From Octopus sinensis (Eukaryota): a stretch of 12,776 bases of DNA. Location of the stretch: assembly GCF_006345805.1 (NCBI RefSeq), contig NW_021826190.1, forward strand, positions 1 through 12,776. Direction: 5' to 3'. Positions 1 to 8,706 of this stretch are shown here, piece after piece; position 1 is the stretch's first letter, and each line of letters starts with the position of its first letter. The notes beneath the pieces are model-generated. The model was given only the letters and a program-made list of their open reading frames with translations, did not search any database and was not told the DNA's origin. Position numbers and translations under genes: made by a program.

Positions 1-142
1 GCTGTTCCGTTGATTCGGATCAACCGGAACCCTCGTCGTCGTAACCGACGGAGTGCTTCCATCCCATTTGTCCTCACTCCTGCACCTTCATTCTCGATCA
101 CATCCAGGTCGAAACAGCGGTGGAAACAGTCTTTACTACTCG

Positions 143-422
143 TTTTACTCTTTTACTCTTTTACTTGTTTCAGTCATTTGACTGCGGCCATGCTGGAGCA
201 CCGCCTTTAGTCGAGTAAATCGACCCCGGGACTTATTCTTTTTGTAAGCCCAGTACTTATTCTATCGGTCTTTTTGCCGAACCCGCTAAGTGACGGGGAC
301 TAAACACAACAACCAGCATCGGTTTGTCAAGCAATGCTAGGGGGACAAACACAGACACAAACAAACGCACACATACACATACATATATATATATATATAT
401 ATTTATATAAATATATATATAC

Positions 423-473
<51 letters not shown>

Positions 474-665
474 ATATAATATATATATATACATATATAT
501 ACGACAGGGCTTTTTTCATTTCCGTCTACCAAATTCACTCACAAGGCATTGGTCGGCCCGGTGCTATAGCAGAAGACACTTGCCCAAGATGCCACGCAGT
601 GGGACTGAACCCGGAACCATGTGGTTGGTTGGCAAGCTACTTACCACACAGCCACTCCTACGCCT
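143..665 (-). mobile_element. tRNA-derived SINE (CORE-like, octopus-type), full length, with internal (TA)n expansion
   Basis: The minus strand begins AGGCGTAGGAG, with A box TGGCTGTGTGG and B box-like GGTTCAGTCCC, then a CORE-like TTGGGCAAGTGTCTT and a 3' (GTAAAAGA)n tail. Highly similar to 11596-11980 and homologous to 9363-9873. Confidence 0.9.
382..501. repeat. (TA)n microsatellite inside SINE
   Basis: Seen directly. Confidence 0.95.
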
Positions 666-778
666 GAAATTTCTTGACAATTTTTTGACTGTTGCCTTAA
701 TTTTGGGACACCATGTGCATATATGGTCGACTTTATGTAGTCAAAAACAAAATGTCCCACAATAAATATCGGCTTAGA

Positions 779-945
779 TACAGGGTGCGGTGAATATATT
801 GTCGTCTAAATTACGCAGACATCAAAATGCTACTGACATCTCATTTTAACAGATATATTTACCAAAATTACATTAAATATCTTGAAATACTAAAGAGTAA
901 ATTTATTCAATGAAATCGCCATTTATATGGGTTTTCGTTACAGTC
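779..945. mobile_element. Possible Tc1/mariner-type terminus fragment
   Basis: TA+CAGGGTG at 779-787 is a typical Tc1/mariner end, and TTTTGGGACACCATGT at ~701-716 resembles a degenerate opposite end. No transposase or correctly oriented TIR pair seen; right boundary is a guess. Confidence 0.25.
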
Positions 946-1096
946 ACAATATTTCATGAAAGATGTAAGAATTTTCTTTAAACTTTCAACTATTTGAAAA
1001 TAATCTTTAAAAAGCAGAATGATACAAAACTTTTGGAATGAACATTATTTAAATTATTTACATTTGATGGATATTTGTCCTCATCTTGTTGTTGTT

Positions 1097-1141
1097 GACA
1101 CAACGTTTCGGCTGATATATTCTTCAGCCATCATCAGTGTC
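1097..1141 (-). ncRNA. Minimal type I hammerhead motif, diverged copy
   Basis: GACA-CUGAUGA-U-GGCUGA(AGAAUAUA)UCAGCC-GAAA-CG-UU-GUGUC: canonical core and 6-bp stem II, but stem I lacks one C relative to the array units. Confidence 0.6.
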
Positions 1142-1190
1142 TGGGTAAATTTCGAACCTGGGTTCTCATTCCTAAGGTAATTTTTCGATG

Positions 1191-1207
1191 TTATTATTAT
1201 TATTATA

Positions 1208-1252
<45 letters not shown>

Positions 1253-1261
1253 TCCATTATT
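1191..1261. repeat. (ATT)n microsatellite
   Basis: Seen directly; separates the diverged unit from the array. Confidence 0.95.
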
Positions 1262-1981
1262 AACATTTGATTGGATATTTGTCCTCATCTTGTTTGTTGT
1301 TAACACAAACATTTCAGCTGATCATACCCTCCAGCCGTCTCAGGTGTCTTGGGGAAATTCGAGCCTGGTTCTCATTCCTAAGGTAGTTTTCGATATTATT
1401 ATTATTATTAATTTGTCCTCATCTTGTTTGTTGTTAACACAACGTTTCGGCTGATATACCCTCAAGCCGTCTTCTTCAGGTGTCTTGGGAAATTTCGAGC
1501 CTGGTTCTCATTCCTAAGGTAGTTTTCGATATTATTATTATTATTATTTGTCCTCATCTTGTTTGGTTGTTACACAAACATTTCGGCTGATATACCCCGC
1601 AGCCGTCTTCTTCAGGTGTCTTGGGGAAATTTCGAGCCTGGGGTTTCTCATTCCTAAGGTAGTTTTCGATATTATTATTATTATATTTGTCCTCATCTTG
1701 TTTGTTTGTTGTTACAACAACATTCGGCTGATATACCCTCAAGAGCCGTCTTCAGTGTCTTGGGGAAATTTCGAGCCTGGGTTCTCATTCCTAAGGTAGT
1801 TTTCGATATTATTATTATTATTATTTGTCCTCATCTTGTTTGTTGTTAACACAACATTTCGGCTGATATACCCTCAAGCCGTCTTCAGGTGTCTTGGGGA
1901 AATTTCGAGCCTGGGTTCTCATTCCTAAGGTAGTTTTCGATATTATTATTATTATTATTTGTCCTCATCTTGTTTGTTGTT

Positions 1982-2027
1982 AACACAACGTTTCGGCTGA
2001 TATACCCTCAAGCCGTCTTCAGGTGTC
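1982..2027 (-). ncRNA. Minimal type I hammerhead ribozyme motif (representative intact unit)
   Basis: GACAC-CUGAAGA-C-GGCU(UGAGGGUAUAUC)AGCC-GAAA-CG-UU^GUGUU. Stem I GACAC/GUGUU, stem II GGCU/AGCC, palindromic ACGU at helix III; predicted cleavage between 1987 and 1986. Confidence 0.8.
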
Positions 2028-2516
2028 TTGGGGAAATTTCGAGCCTGGGTTCTCATTCCTAAGGTAGTTTTCGATATTATTATTATTATTATTTGTCCTC
2101 ATCTTGTTTGTTGTTAACACACATTTCAGCTGATAAACCCTCCAGCACCGTCTTCAGGTGTCTTGGGGAATTTCGAGCCTGGGTTCTCATTCCTAAGGTA
2201 GTTTTCGATATTATTATTATTATTATTTGTCCTCATCTTGTTTGTTGTTAACACAACATTTCGGCTGATATCCCTCAAGCCGTCTTCAGGTGTCTTGGGG
2301 AAATTTCGAGCCTGGGTTCTCATTCCTAAGGTAGTTTTCGATATTATTATTATTATTATTTGTCCTCATCTTGTTTGTTGTTAACACAACATTTCGGCTG
2401 ATATACCCTCAAGCCGTCTTCAGGTGTCTTGGGGAAATTTCGAGCCTGGGTTCTCATTCCTAAGGTAGTTTTCGATATTATTATTATTATTATTTGTCCT
2501 CATCTTGTTTGTTGTT

Positions 2517-2562
2517 AACACAACGTTTCGGCTGATATACCCTCAAGCCGTCTTCAGGTGTC
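2517..2562 (-). ncRNA. Minimal type I hammerhead ribozyme motif (intact ACGU unit)
   Basis: Identical to 1982-2027. Confidence 0.8.
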
Positions 2563-3184
2563 TTGGGGAAATTTCGAGCCTGGGTTCTCATTCCTAAGGT
2601 AGTTTTCGATATTATTATTATTATTATTTGTCCTCATCTTGTTTGTTGTTAACACAACATTTCGGCTGATATACCCTCAAGCCGTCTTCAGGTGTCTTGG
2701 GGAATTTCGAGCTGGGTTCTCATTCCTAAGGTAGTTTTCGATATTATTATTATTATTATTGTCCTCATCTTGTTTGTTGTTAACACAACATTTCGCTGAT
2801 ATACCCTCACCGTCTTCAGGTGTCTTGGGGAAATTTCGAGCCTGGGTTCTCATTCCTAAGGTAGTTTTCGATATATTATTATTATTATTTGTCCTCATCT
2901 TGTTTGGTGTTAACACAACGTTTCGGGCTGATATACCCTCAAGCCGTCTTCAGGTGTCTTGGGGAAATTTCGAGCCTGGGTTCTCATTCTAAGGTAGTTT
3001 TTCGATATTATTATTATTATTATTTGTCCTCATCTTGTTGTGTGTTAACACAACATTTCGGCTGATATATACCCTCAAGCCGTCTTCAGGTTGTCTTGGG
3101 GAAATTTCGAGCCTTGGGTTCTCATTCCTAAGGTAGTTTTCGATATTATTATTATTATTATTTGTCCTCATCTTGTTTGTTGTT

Positions 3185-3230
3185 AACACAACGTTTCGGC
3201 TGATATACCCTCAAGCCGTCTTCAGGTGTC
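3185..3230 (-). ncRNA. Minimal type I hammerhead ribozyme motif (first unit after the head)
   Basis: Identical to 1982-2027. Confidence 0.8.
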
Positions 3231-3279
3231 TTGGGGAAATTTCGAACCCGGGTTCTCATTCCTAAGGTAGTTTTCGGTG

Positions 3280-3315
3280 CTATTATCATCATCATCATCA
3301 TTATCATTATTATTA

Positions 3316-3389
<74 letters not shown>

Positions 3390-3642
3390 ATGTTGTTGTT
3401 GTGTTGTTGTTTTGTTGTTGTGTTATTATTGTTGTTGTTGTTATTAATTATTATTATTATTATTGTGTTGTTGTTTCTTATTATTATTATTATTATTGTT
3501 ATTATTATTATTATTATTGTTGTTATTATTATTATTATTATTATTGTTGCTTTGTTGTTGTATTATTATATTATTTTGTTGTTGTTGTTGTTGTTGTTAT
3601 TATTATTATTATTATATTATTAATTATACATTATTTATTATT
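3280..3642. repeat. Compound (ATC)/(ATT)/(GTT)n microsatellite
   Basis: Seen directly; explains the poly-I/V/L/Y/C ORFs. Confidence 0.95.
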
Positions 3643-3644
3643 CA

Positions 3645-3697
3645 GGTCACTGCCTGGAAACGAACTCGGAATCTTGCTCTTAACCACTACGCCATTT
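3645..3697 (-). promoter_or_regulatory. tRNA-derived Pol III type 2 promoter-like head (A box intact, B box with one mismatch, anticodon arm missing)
   Basis: Minus strand TGGCGTAGTGGTTAAGAGC-AAGATTCCGAGTTCGTTTCCAGGCAGTGA. Confidence 0.65.
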
Positions 3698-3698
3698 G

Positions 3699-3784
3699 CA
3701 CGGGCTACTAACCCCAAGATTCCGAGTTCGATTCCAGGTAGTGATGATAATAATAATAATAATAATAATAATAATTATTATAAT

Positions 3785-3815
<31 letters not shown>

Positions 3816-3843
3816 TAATAATATAATAATAATAATAGTAGTA

Positions 3844-3898
<55 letters not shown>

Positions 3899-3927
3899 TC
3901 GAAAATACCTTTGGAATGAGAACCCAG
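3699..3927 (+). mobile_element. Second, oppositely oriented and truncated copy of the same tRNA-headed element
   Basis: CGGGCTACTAACCCC (anticodon-arm-like), B box GTTCGATTCC at 3726-3735, (AAT)n at 3746-3896, then CATCGAAAATACCTTTGGAATGAGAACCCAG matching the array unit start; it stops before the hammerhead. Confidence 0.8.
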
Positions 3928-3941
3928 TAATTGATGGAACG

Positions 3942-4075
3942 GGAAGCAGTAGTTGAAGTAGATGGTGAATATGCTCCGGAATAATCATTTAAAGATGTTT
4001 TTGTGACATGTTGTTATTGTTTTTGTTGAATAAAATTTGTTGAAAAATAGCCACAATAATTATGCACCAACTCAA
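3942..4075 (+). repeat. Unclassified dispersed repeat, inverted homolog of ~12555-12678
   Basis: GGGAAGCAGTAGTTGAAGTAGATGGTGAATATGCTCCGGAATAATC is nearly the reverse complement of GATTATTCCGGAGCATATTCACCATCTACTTCAATTACTGCTTCCC. Confidence 0.85.
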
Positions 4076-4077
4076 CA

Positions 4078-4288
4078 TGTATGTATGTATGAATGAATAT
4101 GTATACACACATATACATATACATGTGTCTATATATACACACACATATATATATATATATACACATACACACACATATATGTATATATATATATAATATA
4201 TACATATACACATGCACACACATATATGTATATAGAAATATAATATACATATACACTTACATACACACACACATTAGTATATATGTAT
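4078..4288. repeat. Degenerate (TA)/(CA)/(TATG)n low-complexity tract
   Basis: Seen directly. Confidence 0.9.
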
Positions 4289-4354
4289 AGAGAAAAGTGA
4301 CCTTATGAGGTTTTATGCGTTTTTTTATGTTTGTATTTGTGGTGTGCGTGTTTA

Positions 4355-5468
4355 TTTTTTCTACTCTAGGCACAAGGCCCGAAATTTGGGGGAAGAGGGC
4401 CTGTCGATTAGATCTACCCCAGTACGCAACTGGTATTTAATTTATCGACCCCGAAAGGATGAAAGGCAAAGTCGACCTCGGAGGAATTTGAACTCAGATC
4501 GTAGCGACAGACGAAATACCCATTTCTTTACTACCCACAAGGGGCTAAACGTAGAGGGGATAAACAAGGACAGACATAGGTATTAAGTCGATTATATCGA
4601 CCCCAGTGCGTAACTGGTACTTAATTTATCGACCCCGAAAGGATGAAAGGCAAAGTCGACCTCGGCGGAATTTGAACTCAGAACATAGCGACAGACGAAA
4701 ACCCATTTCTTTACTACCCACAAGGGGCTAAACACAGAGAGGACAAACAGGACAGACAAACGGATTAAGTCGATTATATCGACCCCAGTGCGTAACTGGT
4801 ACTTATTTAATCGACCCCGAAAGGATGAAAGGCAAAGTCGACCTCGGAGGAATTTGAACTCAGATCGTAGCGACAGACGAAATACCCATTTCTTTACTAC
4901 CCACAAGGGGCTAAACATAGAGGGGACAAACAAGGACAGACATAGGTATTAAGTCGATTATATCGACCCCAGTGCGTAACTGGTACTTAATTTATCGACC
5001 CCCGAAAGGATGAAAGGCAAAGTCGACCTCGGCGGAATTTGAACTCAGAACATAGCGACAGACGAAATACCCATTTCTTTACTACCCACAAGGGGCTAAA
5101 CACAGAGAGGACAAACAAGGACAGACAAACGGATTAAGTCGATTATATCGACCCCAGTGCGTAACTGGTACTTATTCAATCGACCCCGAAAGGATGAAAG
5201 GCAAAGTCGACCTGGGCGGAATTTGAACTCAGAACATAGCGACAGACGAAATACCTATTTCTTAATTACCCACAAGGGGCTAAACATAGAGTGGACAAAC
5301 TAGGACAGACAAAGGGATTAAGTCGATTACATCGACCCCAGTGCACAACTGGTACTTAATTTATCGACCCCGAAAGGATGAAAGGCAAAGTCGACCTCGG
5401 CGGACGAAAGTCGACAGACGAAATACCGCTAGGCATTTCGTCCGGCGTGCTAACGTTTCCACCAGCTT
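4355..5468 (-). mobile_element. tRNA-derived SINE with internal tandem amplification (~5.5 x 184 bp)
   Basis: 5' head GCTGGTGGAAACGTTAGCACGCCGGACGAAATGCCTAGCGG at ~5466-5426; units start at 4403, 4587, 4769, 4953, 5138, 5322; the five full units carry B box-like GAGTTCAAATTCC and GTCGACTTTGCCTTTCATCCTTTCGGGGTCGAT; A-rich 3' end at ~4355. Confidence 0.88.
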
Positions 5469-5952
5469 GCTGCTTTGGTGTGAGTGTTTATGAGAGAAAA
5501 AGCATGTGTGTAGAAAGTGAGAATCACTGATTGAAAGACGAGGCTCCAAGATATTCACCTACCTCTGCTAGAATTTTATCTAAAGTATTCTGTAGAAAGA
5601 TGTAACCTGACGACACATATTTAGCCGCTTTACATTCTCCCAACGCCGGACATTGATCTTCATCGACTGGAAGAGAAAAAATATATATATATACATCAAA
5701 GAATACGAACGGGAAACGAACCCACAAACCCACTGTTTCCCCCCCCCCCCACTATGCCTGTTTTATCGTCTCTACGGAGGTCTTTACTTGTTTTGCACTA
5801 GCTAAATGGAGGCCGCTTATTTAAGCGACAAATTGTTCTTTCGTTTTTAAGTCATCGCAGTCATGCGTGGCCACCTTTCACCCCGTCCTTGACTGTTTGT
5901 ATTGCCAGCTGTTATATGAGCACTCCTATGTAGAGTGCCAACGCCCTGGGTT

Positions 5953-6150
5953 AAGAAGAAGAAGAGGAAGAAGAAGGAGGAGGAGGAGAAGAAGAAGGAG
6001 AAGAAGTAGGAGGGGGAGGAGGAGGCGAAGACGAAGAAGAGAGAAAAAGAGTAAAAAAAAAAGAAGGAGGAGGAGGAGGAGGAGGAGAGGAGGAGGAAGA
6101 AGAAGAAGAAGAAGAAGAAGAAGAAGAAGAAGAAGAAGAAGAAGAAGAAA
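5953..6150. repeat. Polypurine (GAA)n/(GGA)n microsatellite
   Basis: Seen directly; source of the poly-R/L/S/P ORFs. Confidence 0.95.
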
Positions 6151-6500
6151 TATTATCATTATCATTATCATGTAGTAGTCTCATTTTTATGACGTGCTTT
6201 CACTGCACTGCCGAGCGCAGCTCTGTGTGCCTTGGGTATGTGCTGTGGTTTGTTGTGGTGCTCTTATTTTCACTGTATTGAAAGTGCTTTACGGTGGATG
6301 TGCGCGGTTCCTACAAGTGCTATTTTCAGGATGTTATATACATTTCTAACTCCTGGTGTTTTGGTTATGTATTTGTCTGAATGCTTTTAATCGTACCCAA
6401 TGCACCCATTATCATAAGGTATGTTTGTTTTTAGGGCCCACATTCGAATTACCTCTGTTTCCAGATCTTTGTATCTTGAGAGTTTCTCCGTTTCTTTTAG
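6150..6500 (-). mobile_element. 5'-truncated R4/Dong-like (restriction-like endonuclease) non-LTR retrotransposon 3' end
   Basis: Manual translation with frameshifts: LKETEKLSRYKDLETEVIRMWALKT..MGALGTIK..HSDKYITKTPGVRNVYNILKIALVGTAHIHRKALSIQ* (stop at 6272-6270), then ~100 nt of 3' UTR and a (GATAAT)n tail. The EKxxxYxDL..MW..GALG..TAH pattern is typical of the C-terminus in this group. Confidence 0.82.
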
Positions 6501-7057
6501 AAAATTACTAAAAGAAAGAATTTGCAAAAACATCCCGTCATTAGATTTCTGACCAAAGTTCAACTATTCAAAGGTCTTCACAAAGCACTCCTTCCACCAC
6601 CTTCCAACTCCACCCCCGAATCAAGTATCTTGTGTTGATCATTTACCCCTTTCACTCCCACACTGATTAACAATCCCCAACCCCACCCAAATCCCATGTA
6701 TAGAATCACAAAGCCCCAAATCCTCAGATCTCTTTGACAATGAATACGAGAAAGTTCTCCAAAAATCTTAACAAGGAATATTTTTAAATCTCCACACCCA
6801 AGTTAACGAAAAACTTACTTGATCCATGAAGTAAAATTTCTATTATTAAAAAATTAAAAAGTAATAAATTAAATTGATTAGAACTACCAGTGAGGTCATT
6901 CTTTTGCTTTTTTTCAAATATATATACATATATATATACATACGAGTGCGTGGACAGACGTAAGAAAGACACTCAACCAATTCATTTGGAAGTTACATGT
7001 ATGGACCAAAACTGTTTGATTTGAATTTGTCGGTACTCTTGAGTTACTAAAGCTTTC

Positions 7058-7219
7058 TTTTTTTATTCCCTCTCTCTGTTTATTTTCTCATGTTCCTTCC
7101 TGTTGAAGAGCGTAGACTCGAAATGTAAAAGACTTTCTCATTTTCCCAAGCATTAAACAAATACACCTGTTTGTTGTTTACACACATGTCTTCTTGTTTT
7201 GCTCTTTTGTAAATTCCAG

Positions 7220-7220
<1 letters not shown>
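7058..7220 (+). mobile_element. Penelope-like terminal repeat remnant with degenerate hammerhead
   Basis: Pyrimidine-rich lead-in, hammerhead-like motif at 7096-7131, and an end directly in (TA)n; same layout as 10222-10424. Confidence 0.55.
7096..7131 (+). ncRNA. Degenerate minimal hammerhead motif
   Basis: CUUC-CUGUUGA-A-GAG(CGUAGA)CUC-GAAA-UG-UA^AAAG; A6 is replaced by U and stem I has a mismatch. Confidence 0.45.
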
Positions 7221-7259
<39 letters not shown>

Positions 7260-7328
7260 ATATATATATAGTATATATATATATATCTATGATATATATT
7301 ATCTTATTTAATATATATATGATACATA

Positions 7329-7382
<54 letters not shown>

Positions 7383-7425
7383 TATATCTATAATATATAT
7401 ATATATATATATACATATATATGTA

Positions 7426-7487
<62 letters not shown>

Positions 7488-7505
7488 ATGATATATATAT
7501 ATATG

Positions 7506-7538
<33 letters not shown>

Positions 7539-7640
7539 CAAGTATATAGTATATAATATATATATATCTTATTATATTGTATATATATTATATATAGATA
7601 TGTTATATATATATATATATATATATATATCTATATTATC
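7221..7640. repeat. Long (TA)n microsatellite
   Basis: Seen directly. Confidence 0.97.
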
Positions 7641-8154
7641 TATTACATAAAGCTTTGAAATCAGAATCAGATTAAGGAAATGAGGTATTGCAATATTGGA
7701 TAAGGGAAATTAGAAAATTAATTTCAAACGCTGATTACCTAATACAAGAACAATGATATCGGATTTAGGCCAAACAGTCTTACGGACAGTAAGAAATCAA
7801 TGGACAAGACAGACAGCACACACACAAAAAAAAAGGGGAAAAATTTAGGAAAGAATATTATGGAGACATTATTTAATTCTTTTCAATGTGCTAAACGCAA
7901 AAGTTAAGCTGATATGCACCAATAATCCACTTGTCATAGCAATGTGCCATTGTCTATTATTAATATTCTCAACTGGACACTCCAGAAAACCAGGTGTATA
8001 ATAAATTGCATTCAGAATGCACTATCGAAAATCCGACGTAGAATATACTTACTATGGGAGCAAGGAGGTAGGGGCCTTAAGTGAAGTAGAACCCAATTAT
8101 AAAATAAACATTGTAGAATGATGAGAATACGTAGTTGGTAGACTTAATCAGTTA

Positions 8155-8538
8155 CTAGCAGTATCGCCCGGCGTTGCTCAGGTTTGTAAGGGAAATAACT
8201 ATAAAGCATTTTTAGAGAGTTATAGCCAAAAAATAGCAAAAAAATGGAAAAAAAATGATGGTAAATTTTTTTTTAGAGTTAAAACAGGTGGAGTTGCGTC
8301 CCCTAGACGGTCTGTGGTTTGGGTTTCTCATTCTCGACCCCATGTCGAATTTATCGATTTTTTTCAGAACTGGGGGAACTTTTCAAAATTTTCGCTGCGT
8401 TAGTTTTGAATTATGACATTGGGCTATGTGTGTGTCAAGTTTCATCAGAATCGGTTGAAAGCCGTGGTCAGAGTGAGGGTACGAGAAAACAGACACACAG
8501 AAAACGCACAGACAAACTGCCGTTTATATATAGAGAGA
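8155..8538 (-). mobile_element. Non-autonomous Helitron
   Basis: The minus strand starts TC (TCTCTCTATATATAAACGG) and ends CTAG, with a GC-rich subterminal hairpin CCTGAGCAACGCCGGG ~10 nt before the end. It sits between A and T with no TSD. Confidence 0.8.
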
Positions 8539-8547
8539 TTATCTTTT

Positions 8548-8706
8548 TATTTTTAACTCGCTTTAGTCATTTGATTGCGGCCACGCTGGGGCACAAATTT
8601 AGAGGGCTTCACTAATTTGAACTCAGAACGTAAGGACAGACGAAGGACCTGGAAACTAGAATACAAAAGATGTGGCATCTTAAAGCGAAAACCGTTCATG
8701 TTATTG
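8548..8706. mobile_element. Chimeric SINE fragments + R4/Dong-like fragment
   Basis: SINE tail (AGTCATTTGATTGCGGCCACGCTGGGGCAC), second-SINE piece (AATTTGAACTCAGAACGTAAGGACAGACGAA), then + strand KDLETRIQKMWHLKAKTVHVI from 8643. Confidence 0.7.

Larger units (their letters stand above)
1262..3279 (-). repeat. Tandem array of 15 x ~134-bp units
   Basis: Period measured at the TTTC landmark: 1857 to 1991, 2392 to 2526 to 2660 (134 bp each). Units differ mostly by 1-nt indels and a few substitutions. Confidence 0.97.
1045..3697 (-). mobile_element. Composite non-autonomous retroelement: tRNA-derived head + (AAT/AAC)n spacer + 16 hammerhead-bearing units (SINE/retrozyme-like)
   Basis: Order on the minus strand: A box TGGCGTAGTGG (3694-3684), B box-like GTTCGTTTCC (3665-3656), microsatellite, repeated ATCGAAAACTACCTTAGGAATGAGAACCCAGG..hammerhead..GATGAGGACAAAT units, and a terminal AAATATCC(A)ATCAAATGT present at ~1262-1280 and ~1060-1077. 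Confidence 0.75.

Noticed and set aside
1290-3130. Biological meaning of 1-nt indels among array units
   Set aside because: Many fall in homopolymers and look like unpolished long-read errors; they cannot be judged without reads.
1548-3189. Repetitive ORFs within the array (MRTNNNNNIENYLRNENP..)
   Set aside because: Broken by frequent indels and stops; by-products of the repeat.
1262-3279. CRISPR array interpretation of the tandem repeat
   Set aside because: Whole units are repeated with no unique spacers; there are no cas genes and the context is eukaryotic.
3645-3745. Functional tRNA gene
   Set aside because: Neither orientation gives a full cloverleaf or acceptor stem; these are SINE heads.
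3231-4290. Poly-I/V/L/Y and YI-rich ORFs (also 257-765, 7308-7541, 9517-9759, 10077-10281)
   Set aside because: Translations of microsatellites.
4403-5400. Hammerhead in the 184-bp array (GGATGA..GAAA motifs)
   Set aside because: No CUGANGA core with properly placed stems was found on either strand.
5867-6184. Arg-rich 'protamine-like' ORF
   Set aside because: It is just the (GAA)/(GGA)n tract, open in several frames.
6510-6800. C/A-rich segment as TE coding remnant
   Set aside because: No recognisable protein motif or repeat match found by eye.
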